Of a stretch of DNA of 64,000 nt, positions 22,228 to 32,474 are shown one piece after another; the stretch's first letter is position 1; every line of letters starts with the position of its first letter. The stretch is from a virus. The stretch is taken from IMG/VR virus record IMGVR_UViG_3300032092_000011, positions 32,001 through 96,000 of that record; one strand, written 5' to 3'. The position numbers and the translations under genes were made by a program. Under the pieces are notes generated by a model. The model searched no databases. It was not told where the DNA came from and was given only the letters and a program-made list of their open reading frames with translations.

Positions 22228-22650
22228 TTAATTTTGTTGTGTTATCTTACTGTTAACATAATCAGTCAAATCTTTAACACTTCCTCTAAATGCTCTAATA
22301 TCTACTAATCTTTTATCTTCACCTGGATCTCCAACAAATGTATCAGAATCTTTAGATTCATTAAGATTATTCATAATGATAATTTCAACATCTAATGGAC
22401 TAAATGTGTTTGATAAAATACCAATGTCTTCTAAATTGGCTCTAACTTGTTTTGCTGCTTTTTCAGCATCTTTTCCAATAAGAGTTTTATGTTTCTTTAA
22501 AGCATCTTCAATTTCACGAAGTGCTTCTTTTGGAATATAATTAACATGAAGTTGTGCAGTACTATCTAGCGCATCTAAAATATTCTTTGCAATCTTAGAA
22601 AGATTAGCAGCCTCATTTACATGTTGTTCGTATAACTTAATATGCTTCAT
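22228..22650 (-). CDS. putative capsid-targeted internal protein
   Basis: MKHIKLYEQHVNE; internal LNE. Confidence 0.7.
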   Translation of the reverse strand: MKHIKLYEQHVNEAANLSKIAKNILDALDSTAQLHVNYIPKEALREIEDALKKHKTLIGKDAEKAAKQVRANLEDIGILSNTFSPLDVEIIIMNNLNESKDSDTFVGDPGEDKRLVDIRAFRGSVKDLTDYVNSKITQQN

Positions 22651-22654
22651 GTTA

Positions 22655-23155
22655 TTATTTTATTTGTTGAATAGTATATTCAATTAGTTCTAGCGCTGGT
22701 TTTTCTAAATCTTTATCCATTTTAAAGATAGCGCGTTTATTAAAGGGTTCAAAGTTCATATCAAAATACTTCTTAGCAGCAATAAAGATATCTGCAACTT
22801 TTTTTGCTATACCCTTTGGATCTGCTTTAAGTTCATCAATAGTGAGTGTTATGGTATCACCGATAGATTTACGATAGAGTTTCACACCTTTATCATCTTC
22901 AGAACCACACCCTACTTTAACATAAAGCTTATTATCACGGTTTGAATGCTCAATAACTATAAGAACATTACTAGGTAATCCGAGGTAATTCAAGTACTTA
23001 CCCCCAAATACTTCACCTGAATAGTAAATGTAATTTGTGCCGTGATGATTATTTATAATTTCTGGGTTTCTTCCATTCCAAAGAGCAGCATTAATAGTCA
23101 ATCTTTCTGCTTTTTCTTCGTTAATAAAATGTTCGAATAACTTAATATGCTTCAT
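22655..23155 (-). CDS. putative capsid-targeted internal protein
   Basis: MKHIKLFEHFINE. Confidence 0.7.
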   Translation of the reverse strand: MKHIKLFEHFINEEKAERLTINAALWNGRNPEIINNHHGTNYIYYSGEVFGGKYLNYLGLPSNVLIVIEHSNRDNKLYVKVGCGSEDDKGVKLYRKSIGDTITLTIDELKADPKGIAKKVADIFIAAKKYFDMNFEPFNKRAIFKMDKDLEKPALELIEYTIQQIK

Positions 23156-23159
23156 GTTA

Positions 23160-23750
23160 TTATTTTAATTTTTTATCATGACCGCCATCTCTAACTTCTT
23201 TGGCTAAATCCTTGTCAGCTTTACCCCAAGTTCCATCACCTTTAGTAAGGAATGAATTTACTCGAGCATAACCCCATTGCTGTTGATTAGCTCCAGGTCT
23301 GTGGCCTGTTTTCCAAGCTGCCATACCACGTCTCATTACTGCTCTAAGAATTCCAATTGGAACTCCGGTCTCTTCAGATTTATTCTTTAAACCAGTTTCA
23401 ATAGCATCATCATCAATAGGACTTCTATCAGTTGATTGTTCTACTTCCTCGACGATTCTTGAAATTTCTACACTAGTATATTCAAAAGCCTCATCCTTCT
23501 TATCACCGTATAATTCATGATAAGTTTTAGTATGTTTAGATGTTTTTACCTTTCCTTTTTCTCTAGCCTCTTCATCTCCAGGTAATTCTTTATAGGCTTT
23601 TGGATTATCATCATCCATTTCAGCCTGTTTCTTCATCTGTTCTTTCTTATCCTCTTCAGTTTCATCATCTAATCCAGTCATATAAGGGTCTGGACCGCGC
23701 TTTTTATCAGCTTCAATAACGTATTGTTCGTATAGTTTAATGAATTTCAT
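23160..23750 (-). CDS. CTS-tagged protein with DUF5824-like C-terminal domain
   Basis: MKFIKLYEQYVIE; RGMAAWKTGHRPGANQQQWGYARVNSF. Confidence 0.65.
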   Translation of the reverse strand: MKFIKLYEQYVIEADKKRGPDPYMTGLDDETEEDKKEQMKKQAEMDDDNPKAYKELPGDEEAREKGKVKTSKHTKTYHELYGDKKDEAFEYTSVEISRIVEEVEQSTDRSPIDDDAIETGLKNKSEETGVPIGILRAVMRRGMAAWKTGHRPGANQQQWGYARVNSFLTKGDGTWGKADKDLAKEVRDGGHDKKLK

Positions 23751-23759
23751 TATAAACAA

Positions 23760-25316
23760 TTAGTTTTTTGGCCATAAAAATACTGTTCCTGGATCGCCAA
23801 ATTGGCCATACCAACCGCATTTATCTAAGAATTTAGCAAGATCTTTATGTATTCCTTGTGGATATTTAGATCCACCATGATAATAGTTAAACATATCATC
23901 TTTAGCATTTGGCATTAATTTACCTTCACTACCACCTAACCAAATACCGCCTTCTTCGCCATCAAATTCTTCAGAAGTTTTTACAAAACTAAGGCCATAT
24001 TTATCACGCATTGTAGTCATCATTTCATCTCTTGTTAAGATTTTAGCTTCATTAACTTTAGATTCAAAAGCTTTATCTTTTTTAGGAGCAGGAAGAATAT
24101 CACCGGGTTGAGGTAATTTATCATATTGTTTTAACCAATTCTCCTCAAGCATCATACCAAACATTCCATGGAATCTTTTATCTGGAACCTTTGAAGTATC
24201 AGGAAAACTTGACATGATTACTTTATTAACATTAATAACGTAGATTTCATCGGCTTTAGTATCAATTGCATAAGTTACTAAAGTTTTTTCGTAATCTTTA
24301 GCCTTAAACATTGCTTCATTAACAAACATCTCTTCATTCCAAACTACCATTCCACCAGCATCTTCAATATGAATTTTTGCTCTAGGATATTCTCTACGTA
24401 ATGCTTCAAATTCAGCAGGTAAAATTTCTTTAGTTTTAATATCAATTCTTTGACCTACTACTTTTTTATTCTCAATAGCAACTAGTGACCAAGGACCAGA
24501 ACCTCCAGCCTTAACACCTCTCATCATTTTTGCCCACGATGTAGTTGCTTCTTCAAATATACCATTAGATGCTAAATCAAAAAGAATTTCAGCAATCTTT
24601 TTAGCCTTTGAGCCTTTATGGCCATAACCGCTTACAGTTTCTTCTGCTTCATCTTTGGTCATATCACCAAGTTCCCATGGATCATATTCTCCTAATAAAT
24701 CTTGAAGAATTGCTTTTGCTTCTTTTTCTTCAGCAGATTCATTAACAAATGATTCTTCAATTTTCTTAGCAGCTAATTTAGAATCTTTCTTAGAAACATT
24801 ATCTAAGTAAGAACCATCTCCCCACCAAGCAACAACTGCTTCAGTATCTGCTGTAGAATGAAAACCTGATCCAGCTTTATAGATTGCAATTTCTTTGCAT
24901 TTACCTGATGCAATCTTCTCTTTAGTAAATAACATTGCGTCTTTCTCAGATTTAAACTTTTTAGCAGCACGAACTCCATCGGAATAATGTACTTCAAAAG
25001 CTTCGGTTATGAATGATTCTTCAATATAGCTCCAAACTTCTCCATCTAATTCACCAGCACTTAAACCTTCTCCATCAAATGAACCAGAATTTAATTCTTT
25101 ATCATCTCCGTCATAAATGGTCCACCAAATGTCATCACCATCATTGTCTATTTCAAGCCTTCTTTCTTCACCATCTTCATCATAATATTTAGAAGCTAGT
25201 TTGCCTTTTACATCCCAACCATCTCTTTTTAAATCAGATAAAACTGACGACCATGATGAACTACCAACTCTAGCGGCTTCACCAATAAAATGTTCAAATA
25301 ATCTTACTTTTTTCAT
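23760..25316 (-). CDS. CTS-tagged multidomain protein, probable protease-cleaved polyprotein
   Basis: MKKVRLFEHFIGE; internal EESFITE, EESFVNE, FEE, EEMFVNE and FESKVNE linkers. Confidence 0.65.
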   Translation of the reverse strand: MKKVRLFEHFIGEAARVGSSSWSSVLSDLKRDGWDVKGKLASKYYDEDGEERRLEIDNDGDDIWWTIYDGDDKELNSGSFDGEGLSAGELDGEVWSYIEESFITEAFEVHYSDGVRAAKKFKSEKDAMLFTKEKIASGKCKEIAIYKAGSGFHSTADTEAVVAWWGDGSYLDNVSKKDSKLAAKKIEESFVNESAEEKEAKAILQDLLGEYDPWELGDMTKDEAEETVSGYGHKGSKAKKIAEILFDLASNGIFEEATTSWAKMMRGVKAGGSGPWSLVAIENKKVVGQRIDIKTKEILPAEFEALRREYPRAKIHIEDAGGMVVWNEEMFVNEAMFKAKDYEKTLVTYAIDTKADEIYVINVNKVIMSSFPDTSKVPDKRFHGMFGMMLEENWLKQYDKLPQPGDILPAPKKDKAFESKVNEAKILTRDEMMTTMRDKYGLSFVKTSEEFDGEEGGIWLGGSEGKLMPNAKDDMFNYYHGGSKYPQGIHKDLAKFLDKCGWYGQFGDPGTVFLWPKN

Positions 25317-25344
25317 TGTTTAACTATATTTTATAGTCTATATA

Positions 25345-25797
25345 TTACTTTGATAAAAGATAATCTAAAACTATGCTCCAATCTTTGAAATTAGGCTGTC
25401 CAAATTGAATCCATTCACCTTTAAATTCTGCGGCGCCATTATTTGGTCGATCATCAATAAGATAATCACCAATGCAAAGGTCTTTACGATGAGAAAGGAT
25501 TAAACGTTTATGTGCATATTTACCAAGATGTTGTTGAACCCATCTGCGCTTTGCACTGAAAGCACTTACGTTGCTCCAAGGAGCAGTGCTTAAGAAATAA
25601 ATGTCGTATTTGTCCCAAAGTGTCTTGATAGCTTCAATGGCTCCAGGCATTGGATCTGGATCATCAAATAGATGTTTATCAATCGAAGTTAATTTACCTA
25701 GTTTTGAAACAGCATCGGCGCCATGGCGCTTAATAGCATGATTTTCTAGGTCGACCATGACTCCGTCAAGGTCAATATACAGGATTTTCTTATTCAT
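25345..25797 (-). CDS. 5'(3')-deoxyribonucleotidase (NT5C-type HAD)
   Basis: YIDLDGVMVD, STAPW, KRRWV, GDYLIDDRP. Confidence 0.85.
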   Translation of the reverse strand: MNKKILYIDLDGVMVDLENHAIKRHGADAVSKLGKLTSIDKHLFDDPDPMPGAIEAIKTLWDKYDIYFLSTAPWSNVSAFSAKRRWVQQHLGKYAHKRLILSHRKDLCIGDYLIDDRPNNGAAEFKGEWIQFGQPNFKDWSIVLDYLLSK

Positions 25798-25798
25798 A

Positions 25799-26014
25799 TT
25801 ATCGTTCTAAAATTACAAATGTACCAAAATGTTTATCAAAAACTTGAACTAAATGTTCATAATCACCAGCAATCATTTCTCCAATTATTTGATCTTTATT
25901 TAAACCGAGTTGGCTTGCTAATCTGGTCGCAGTTCCCATTAAGAAGAATGCGTTTCCTTGAGGACCAGTAAGATCGATAATAATTTCTGAAGATTGTTGT
26001 TTTTCTCTAATCAT
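25799..26014 (-). CDS. conserved phage hypothetical protein
   Basis: IDLTGPQGNAFFLMG...GDYEHLVQVFD..FG. Confidence 0.7.
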   Translation of the reverse strand: MIREKQQSSEIIIDLTGPQGNAFFLMGTATRLASQLGLNKDQIIGEMIAGDYEHLVQVFDKHFGTFVILER

Positions 26015-26032
26015 ATTCTTTTCTAATTAATG

Positions 26033-26103
26033 ATATGTAAATATAAACAATTTTCTTTAAATGGTAAAACTTTTTTCACCATTTTCAAAAAAAGTTATTA
26101 ACA
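26033..26103 (-). promoter_or_regulatory. class I promoter with TGTTAATAAC box
   Basis: Consensus variant plus box at 26094-26103. Confidence 0.75.
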
Positions 26104-26111
26104 TTTTTAAA

Positions 26112-26411
26112 TTAATCACCAGAATCAATATGATATGCATCACCGCAGTGAATACATTCATGTCTGTGATAACAATTACTTATTGTTTTAGAAACATATT
26201 CATGAGTACATGGCGTTCCGTCTGGTCGTAGTTTAACTTCTCCAGTTGGTCGACCAAACATGTATTGGCTTCCACAGTTTCCACATCCCAAGGTATGAGT
26301 TTCTTTATCATACCCAGAATAAATGCGACAATATCTTTCTTGTTCTGGTTTTACTGGAACTCTTTTGGTTCCATTGCAAACGGGACAGGTTCCCTTTAGA
26401 TTCGTATTCAT
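26112..26411 (-). CDS. zinc-binding (CxxC) protein
   Basis: CPVCNG, CGNCG, CTH and CIHCG. Confidence 0.7.
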   Translation of the reverse strand: MNTNLKGTCPVCNGTKRVPVKPEQERYCRIYSGYDKETHTLGCGNCGSQYMFGRPTGEVKLRPDGTPCTHEYVSKTISNCYHRHECIHCGDAYHIDSGD

Positions 26412-26422
26412 ATTGATTAATT

Positions 26423-26464
26423 TATGTAAATATAATCAATTTCCATGAAACGAAAAAACTTTTA
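26423..26464 (-). promoter_or_regulatory. class I promoter variant
   Basis: AAAAGTTTTTTCGTTTCATGGAAATTGATTATATTTACATA. Confidence 0.65.
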
Positions 26465-26474
26465 GTGAATTATT

Positions 26475-27209
26475 TTAAGAAATTTTATTCTTGTCTGGAA
26501 CTGACATTTCTTTGATCCATTTCTTACCGATCGGATTCTCAACTGGTTTATGTGCTGATTTGCCAATAATGCGTTCCATTTCACTAACTGTACTATTATC
26601 GCTTCCTGAATTATCAACAATAAACATTTTATTCTTAAAGAAGTTTTGAAAACGACCTAGATTTTGTTGAACTTCTTTCCACATAGATTCAACCATTTCT
26701 GGAGCTAGTGTTCTCTGGCGCATCATATTTCTTTCCTGTGCCACTTCTAGAGAAGTATTTACAAAAATCATATGAACATCATACCCAAAATCTTTCAACA
26801 TAGTAGCCCATCCTGTGATTTTATCATAGTCCTTACCAGTACCATCAATAATCATGCCTAAACGACCATTAATATACGCATCCATTCGGTGCTTAGTAAC
26901 ATTCTTAGCCTTGTCTCTAAGTTTCATTACCTCATCCCAAGTTGTTGCATCATTTTTATAATCACCTAGTTTCGAGGCTTCATAACCCATTCTTTCAAGT
27001 TCATATTGAAATGCAAGATCTGAATTAATTAATTTTAGGCCAGTGCTCATTGAAAGAGTTGAGGTTGAGTCCTCTCTAAAGCCAAAAATTTGATTAACCA
27101 CATAAGATTTACCTGAACCTGGTCCACCAGCCATAAAATAGGCTTTTAGGATCCCTGGATCGTGAACTCCTTCACTAATAAACTGTTCAAATAATTTTAT
27201 ATGTTTCAT
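26475..27209 (-). CDS. CTS-tagged P-loop kinase (zeta-toxin/AAA_33/PNK-kinase-like)
   Basis: MKHIKLFEQFISE; FMAGGPGSGKS; IIDGTG; VNTSLEVAQERN..RQR lid. Confidence 0.75.
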   Translation of the reverse strand: MKHIKLFEQFISEGVHDPGILKAYFMAGGPGSGKSYVVNQIFGFREDSTSTLSMSTGLKLINSDLAFQYELERMGYEASKLGDYKNDATTWDEVMKLRDKAKNVTKHRMDAYINGRLGMIIDGTGKDYDKITGWATMLKDFGYDVHMIFVNTSLEVAQERNMMRQRTLAPEMVESMWKEVQQNLGRFQNFFKNKMFIVDNSGSDNSTVSEMERIIGKSAHKPVENPIGKKWIKEMSVPDKNKIS

Positions 27210-27210
27210 A

Positions 27211-27768
27211 TTAATATTCAAATGGAGGTGTTCCGTAATCAGAGTGTTTTACAGCATACCACATGCTAGCAGGACCTTGAATATACCACCAACCACGATC
27301 AGAATCTACCAGTTGATATTCACCTTTTAATTTAACATCTTTAAAACCACCTCTAGAGAAGTTTTTTGTTACTGGAACTCCATCGTCCCAAGTTTTATTA
27401 GTTGATTGAGCTTTAAAAGTTGTACCATCAAATTTACCTAGAAAAACTTTAGCATCATATCCATCAGCTTGCTCATCTTTTGCAAATTGATTAACTGCAC
27501 TTTCATTAGCTTCATTTACAGATTCTTTAACTGCAGCCTTGGCAAGTTTACCTAAATCTTGGTATTTGATGCCATATTTCATCAAACCATCTTCATCAGC
27601 ATACATATCTAAGAATTCTTCCATGCCTTTAACATCACCAGCACTAATTAGTTCATAGTATTCATCCTGTAATTCAGGATCTTCAGGCATCCATTTATCA
27701 ATGTTACCTAACGCATTTTGGATTTTGTCTTCATTAACGAAGCTTTCAAATAATTTTACCTTTTTCAT
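27211..27768 (-). CDS. CTS-tagged two-domain protein
   Basis: MKKVKLFESFVNE; internal KESVNEANES linker. Confidence 0.7.
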   Translation of the reverse strand: MKKVKLFESFVNEDKIQNALGNIDKWMPEDPELQDEYYELISAGDVKGMEEFLDMYADEDGLMKYGIKYQDLGKLAKAAVKESVNEANESAVNQFAKDEQADGYDAKVFLGKFDGTTFKAQSTNKTWDDGVPVTKNFSRGGFKDVKLKGEYQLVDSDRGWWYIQGPASMWYAVKHSDYGTPPFEY

Positions 27769-27775
27769 ATACTAT

Positions 27776-28075
27776 TTATTCTAATTCTAAGTTATCAATA
27801 TCACCGCGCTTAATTGCATCTAGTTGTGTCTTAATTTCATGAACTCTCCATTCATAGTCAAAAACTTCATCAGCATTACAGCGACCGCCTTTATGTGCCT
27901 TTTTGATGACTGATAACTCCTTCTTGGCACGTTGTAATTCTTTTTCTAATGCCTCTTGAATAGCATGATTTTTATCAATGGTAACAAGTGAGGGCTGCTG
28001 AGGTTTCTTTTCTTCTTTCGTAACTTGGATTCCAAAGTCGCTAAAGATGTACTGGGCCATTTCAAAACGTGTCAT
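27776..28075 (-). CDS. hypothetical coiled-coil protein
   Basis: ORF track 27776-28102; start uncertain. Confidence 0.6.
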   Translation of the reverse strand: MTRFEMAQYIFSDFGIQVTKEEKKPQQPSLVTIDKNHAIQEALEKELQRAKKELSVIKKAHKGGRCNADEVFDYEWRVHEIKTQLDAIKRGDIDNLELE

Positions 28076-28106
28076 AGTGGTAGAGTTTTTATTTTCCAAC
28101 AACTCT

Positions 28107-30080
28107 TTATTTATTCACTTCTAAGTCTTTAAAATATTCGTCTTTTAAAATATTATTAGAATCTACTAAGGTTACCATTGATCCAGCGTGGTGGGGTTGC
28201 CCTTCATCATGAACTAGGACTTTTTTGCCCGCACTAATTCCAAGCCACATGTGGTCCCCAGCTCCGCAAATTAAGTAATCTGCCCAATGCAGCGCATTCC
28301 AAACATGTCCCCAATTCCCATCAATACGAATGGCATCTTTCAGGGTCATTCCAACACTCAGGATGTCTCGACCCATGCGCTTATGTATATCAATAATCTC
28401 TTGCCAAGCATCTAAACTAAGTGAACTGCCTTGATTTGAGACAACTACATATCGATTCTGTGTTGGTCTAGAAACAGCTCTCAGAGTTACAAATTGTAGC
28501 CTCTCTTCAACTTTAACGCCTAATTGTTTACCAACTTCCTCTAACCAATCACCATCGGTTAGGTTAATCTCCTGTGTCATATCAATTTCAGGTTTCCAAA
28601 TGCTCCATTCAGTAGGCCACATAGGAGCAACTTTTGCCTTACGAGTATACCAACCCCAGTTAATTATATCATGAAAGGCTGATCGGAGCCAAACCTTACC
28701 CAGACCCTTCTCAATGCTCCATTGTGCAATGGCTTCGACGGCTGCAAGTGTTGCGCCAAGGGTTTCGTTCTTGAGTTCTAATAGAACATGTGCACCTTTT
28801 AAATATGGTGCATGTCGCTCTTCTCGATCCTCCCATTTTACCGTAATTGATGCGTCCTCTCGAAGTGGTAGTGCAATTCTAGTTTGGCGTTCATCTGAAA
28901 GTAAAATTGTTCCACCCTCTTCATTACCTAGACTCCATTTGATCTCACACTCTCGATCCGAGAGGTTAGTAACAATTGGACCATTGTGCCATTCAATACT
29001 CAATTGATGTGGTGGCTGCTCTACTGCGTCTCTACTAGGTTTTTCTTGTAATAGGTCATGATATGTTAATGATAACTGTTGACGAAATCTAATGTTATCC
29101 TCACCATTTATTGGTTTAGGACTAGGGCATCCGCAGTTTAAACGGTCATGTAGTGTAAATACATCGGCATCTAGGTTTCCGGTCATTGGAGTAAAAATGC
29201 CCTCATATTGGTCTCGGTATGACCGAAGCGGCAATGCAATCATGCGAACTCCATAGGCCATGGCTTGTCGGCATTGGAAAGGGTCAATGTCTTGGATGGT
29301 GGTGTGCAGCATTATGTCGGCAACTCGAAGCCACTTCCAGACATCTACTTGCTCTCCCCAGGCGATGACATTCGGTGGCAGGGCCAGTAGGTCGACCTGG
29401 TGGCCCATGGGTCCGACCATGTGAAACTGGTATTTATCACCTTGGGTTTCCCAGAATTTTTGGGCTATGCTTAGGAAATAGTCCTGGTTATTGGCCTCGG
29501 TGAAGGGGCCGATATTTACGATATGTTTTTTCTCACCTGAAATTTTAAAATCTCCTAAAATCTCCTGAGTGCTCATAGACTCTGAAGAATCTTCAACATC
29601 AATAGGAAATTGGATTAGAAATAGGGGCGACCTCATCAGAGCAAATTGATTCTCGACTTGGTCTAATGAATGTAGATAGAAAGCATCTGGTTCCCACTGT
29701 TTTCTGCAAATTGCGTCAGCCGCCGAAGTGTGCGAAGTTTCTACTATTCTCCAATTCTTTTGAGGGTCATAAATCCAATCATATAAGTTTTTTGGCATAA
29801 CTGGTTCTAGATTCTCTGGCATTTCCTCAAAGTGGATAATATCAGGTTGAACATCTAGTAGGAACCCTGTTAATTCATTAGGAGTACCAAGAGTCAGGAA
29901 ATGGTTATTATCAACCAATTCCATTACTTTATCCCTGTGTAAGCTCGGTGTTTTGGTCCACTCAACAATATACACATCATGTGAATCTTTTTTCATTTCA
30001 ACTATTCTTCGCATCAGCATTGTAGTTGCTGGCGACATTTCTAATCTCGGAATGATATAAACTATTTTTAAACTATTCAT
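28107..30080 (-). CDS. multi-domain glycosyltransferase (GT-B/GT4-like N-half, GT9/heptosyltransferase-like C-half), divergent
   Basis: PDIIHFEEMPE, NIGPFTEANNQ, AMAYG; TLGATLA; WHNGP; LHWADYLI. Confidence 0.6.
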   Translation of the reverse strand: MNSLKIVYIIPRLEMSPATTMLMRRIVEMKKDSHDVYIVEWTKTPSLHRDKVMELVDNNHFLTLGTPNELTGFLLDVQPDIIHFEEMPENLEPVMPKNLYDWIYDPQKNWRIVETSHTSAADAICRKQWEPDAFYLHSLDQVENQFALMRSPLFLIQFPIDVEDSSESMSTQEILGDFKISGEKKHIVNIGPFTEANNQDYFLSIAQKFWETQGDKYQFHMVGPMGHQVDLLALPPNVIAWGEQVDVWKWLRVADIMLHTTIQDIDPFQCRQAMAYGVRMIALPLRSYRDQYEGIFTPMTGNLDADVFTLHDRLNCGCPSPKPINGEDNIRFRQQLSLTYHDLLQEKPSRDAVEQPPHQLSIEWHNGPIVTNLSDRECEIKWSLGNEEGGTILLSDERQTRIALPLREDASITVKWEDREERHAPYLKGAHVLLELKNETLGATLAAVEAIAQWSIEKGLGKVWLRSAFHDIINWGWYTRKAKVAPMWPTEWSIWKPEIDMTQEINLTDGDWLEEVGKQLGVKVEERLQFVTLRAVSRPTQNRYVVVSNQGSSLSLDAWQEIIDIHKRMGRDILSVGMTLKDAIRIDGNWGHVWNALHWADYLICGAGDHMWLGISAGKKVLVHDEGQPHHAGSMVTLVDSNNILKDEYFKDLEVNK

Positions 30081-30501
30081 AGCTTTCTAATATTTGCTTA
30101 ATTTCTTGTTTAGTTTCTTCAATAACCCGGTATACCGAATTAATTCTGGTTGTCTTAAACCTAAATTTATAAATGTAATTATTATATTGTCCTTTTACTG
30201 AAAGTTCACAAAAAACAGTATAACGTGGTTTCTTTTTTAATAAAAATTCGGCCAAATCAGTTTTAATAATTTGAGATTTAGCCTTACCAGTTAGAGCGTA
30301 ATCAACCGTCACATAAGCAGATAGGTCTAGATACTGGTTGTCATATTCCATAAAATCATATCTTCTTTTGACACCATTTGTTAAAAGAAACATCTCATAA
30401 GCAACAAAAGCACTTCCTTGTTGGACGTGCTTAAGAGTGTTGCTTTCTAATTCTTTTGAAATATATGGTCTTGGAATATTAATTAGATTTTCAAGAATCA
30501 T
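30073..30501 (-). CDS. hypothetical protein
   Basis: 142-aa ORF in operon. Confidence 0.7.
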   Translation of the reverse strand: MILENLINIPRPYISKELESNTLKHVQQGSAFVAYEMFLLTNGVKRRYDFMEYDNQYLDLSAYVTVDYALTGKAKSQIIKTDLAEFLLKKKPRYTVFCELSVKGQYNNYIYKFRFKTTRINSVYRVIEETKQEIKQILESYE

Positions 30502-30503
30502 AC

Positions 30504-31229
30504 TTATTTTCTTTTAAGATAAAAACCATTTTGATCCTGATCTTTATCAAAATCAACAATTATAGATCTTTTTGTCTTATTAGAATTAACTAATCCCTCG
30601 CTAGATTCCTGATTTGACTGTTCAATAATATCAACTAAATCTGGTAAACTTTCAGAAGATTCAATGCTTTTTTCAACTGATTGAAAATCTTCTTCGGTTG
30701 GCTGAACATTTTTAATTTCTTCTTGTAAATCATCGTATGAATTTACAACATTTCGCATGTCCTCAATCGATTCTTCCAGAGGATATTCAGGAGTTTTAGT
30801 ATCAGGTTTAATATAATCTACTAATGATTTAATAAATCCTAGTGCTACAAGTGGTAAGATAGCACCAGAAACAAACGCAAGAATACGCTTTTGATACAAT
30901 GGATCTTCTTCAATTAAATTAAAAAGTTGAGACCATGTTTCATAATTCTGAATATTCTTAAATGCATAATACATGTTTCCTTGCATCTGCATTAATGTAA
31001 TCGTAATGAATAATGCCCATACTAATGTTTTATTCATTTTATCTAAAACAATTAATGATGCTAGTGATGCTGCTGCACCAAGCTCAAAGGCTATAGCCAA
31101 TGTTACTGCTAACCAATACGGGTTTGATAATTCAAAAAAGTCAACTACGTGAATGGTAGAAATAACACTAACCATTAAATATAATGATACAAAAGTACCA
31201 ATAATAAATTTACTCGTTAGGTTCTTCAT
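30504..31229 (-). CDS. multi-pass membrane protein
   Basis: Four hydrophobic helices followed by an acidic tail. Confidence 0.75.
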   Translation of the reverse strand: MKNLTSKFIIGTFVSLYLMVSVISTIHVVDFFELSNPYWLAVTLAIAFELGAAASLASLIVLDKMNKTLVWALFITITLMQMQGNMYYAFKNIQNYETWSQLFNLIEEDPLYQKRILAFVSGAILPLVALGFIKSLVDYIKPDTKTPEYPLEESIEDMRNVVNSYDDLQEEIKNVQPTEEDFQSVEKSIESSESLPDLVDIIEQSNQESSEGLVNSNKTKRSIIVDFDKDQDQNGFYLKRK

Positions 31230-31413
31230 CTTTATTTTCCTTTTGGTTTTTATACGGAAGCCATTGATTAACTACTTCAGCTCGATCTTCGCAGCCGCAA
31301 TCCTCGTATCCCGCTAATTTTGCTATAGAATCAGCAAGTTTGGCGATCCCTATTTTTTTATTAAAATTTAATAGGGTATCGCCAAATCCACGTTCTTCTT
31401 TTTCAATTGCCAT
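31210..31413 (-). CDS. small CGC-motif phage protein
   Basis: GFGDT...GI...CGCEDRAEVVNQW. Confidence 0.65.
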   Translation of the reverse strand: MAIEKEERGFGDTLLNFNKKIGIAKLADSIAKLAGYEDCGCEDRAEVVNQWLPYKNQKENKDEEPNE

Positions 31414-31703
31414 TATTTAGATGACTCTAATTTTTGTAATTCTTTATCAATTTCAGTCTGACGTGTTACATCAAGCAACTTACGATCAGTTGATTGAATC
31501 ATACGCTTTTCAGATTTTAAACCTTCGATTTTAAGATCTTTAGAACTTGGCAAAGAATCAATTACTGCTTTTTGAGCTTGAAACTCTTTTTTAACTTTAG
31601 TAATTTCAGAATCAATAGAGCATGCTTTTAACCATGTCATGATAACTAATGCTAAAATTAGTTTAGTTCCGTGTTTTTCTAAAAATAAATTAAATTTTTC
31701 CAT
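31413..31703 (-). CDS. membrane-anchored coiled-coil protein
   Basis: LILALVIMTWLKAC hydrophobic N-terminus. Confidence 0.65.
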   Translation of the reverse strand: MEKFNLFLEKHGTKLILALVIMTWLKACSIDSEITKVKKEFQAQKAVIDSLPSSKDLKIEGLKSEKRMIQSTDRKLLDVTRQTEIDKELQKLESSK

Positions 31704-31726
31704 GATTTTACTTTTTATATTATATT

Positions 31727-32473
31727 CTATATATTTTGCATAGATTGTTTAAACTCGGCAAGTCTCTTTTGAAACTCAGCGAAATAGTATTTTATGTCTT
31801 TTTCTGTCAATGTGAATATCTGCGGACATTCATCAATCTCATTAGCAATCCAAATTTCAGCGCCCATTGGTCGAATTCCAGTTCTTTCCCAAAATGCAAC
31901 GAAATAGGCTGCGGCCTGTAGATAATAATCTTGAATCCAATCATCTTTCTTAGGCTTTCGGCTATTTTTATAGTCAATAATAAGTACTCTTTGATTTATC
32001 AATCTTGAAACATTATCGACTGTTCCAGCATATCCACCACCCTTAATAGACCATAAGAATTTTTCAGCGGCTAAAACCTCTTCAATCTTATCAAAAAACT
32101 GATCATGATTGTTCCAAAACTTCATAAAGAATTTTAAGCCTTCTTCAATGAATTCTACATCAAATTTCTTGATTTCTCGATCTTTATATAAAACCTTTCT
32201 TAATTCACCTAGTCTTTCCTCTTTAGAACCCTTTATTTGCTTGTATAATTCTATAAGACGGTGCATAACAGTTCCCCTGTTTGCTGAAAGTGTTGAGATT
32301 CTATTAGCCTCTTCTTCTCCAACTCTCTGTCTCCATGAATCTAAACCAGACTGATCACTGGTTCCACCAAGAACCGTGGTTACAGACGGAAAGAGGCCAA
32401 GAATTTCTTTGCCTCTTTTGACTTGGTAAAACCTTTTACCCTTTATTTCAACTCGTTTGATTGTTTCACTCAT
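31727..32473 (-). CDS. PD-(D/E)XK exonuclease (Cas4/lambda-exo-like phage exonuclease)
   Basis: PSVTTVL, RGTVMHRLIE, YAGTVD, IIDYK, YYLQAAAY. Confidence 0.85.
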   Translation of the reverse strand: MSETIKRVEIKGKRFYQVKRGKEILGLFPSVTTVLGGTSDQSGLDSWRQRVGEEEANRISTLSANRGTVMHRLIELYKQIKGSKEERLGELRKVLYKDREIKKFDVEFIEEGLKFFMKFWNNHDQFFDKIEEVLAAEKFLWSIKGGGYAGTVDNVSRLINQRVLIIDYKNSRKPKKDDWIQDYYLQAAAYFVAFWERTGIRPMGAEIWIANEIDECPQIFTLTEKDIKYYFAEFQKRLAEFKQSMQNI

Positions 32474-32474
32474 A

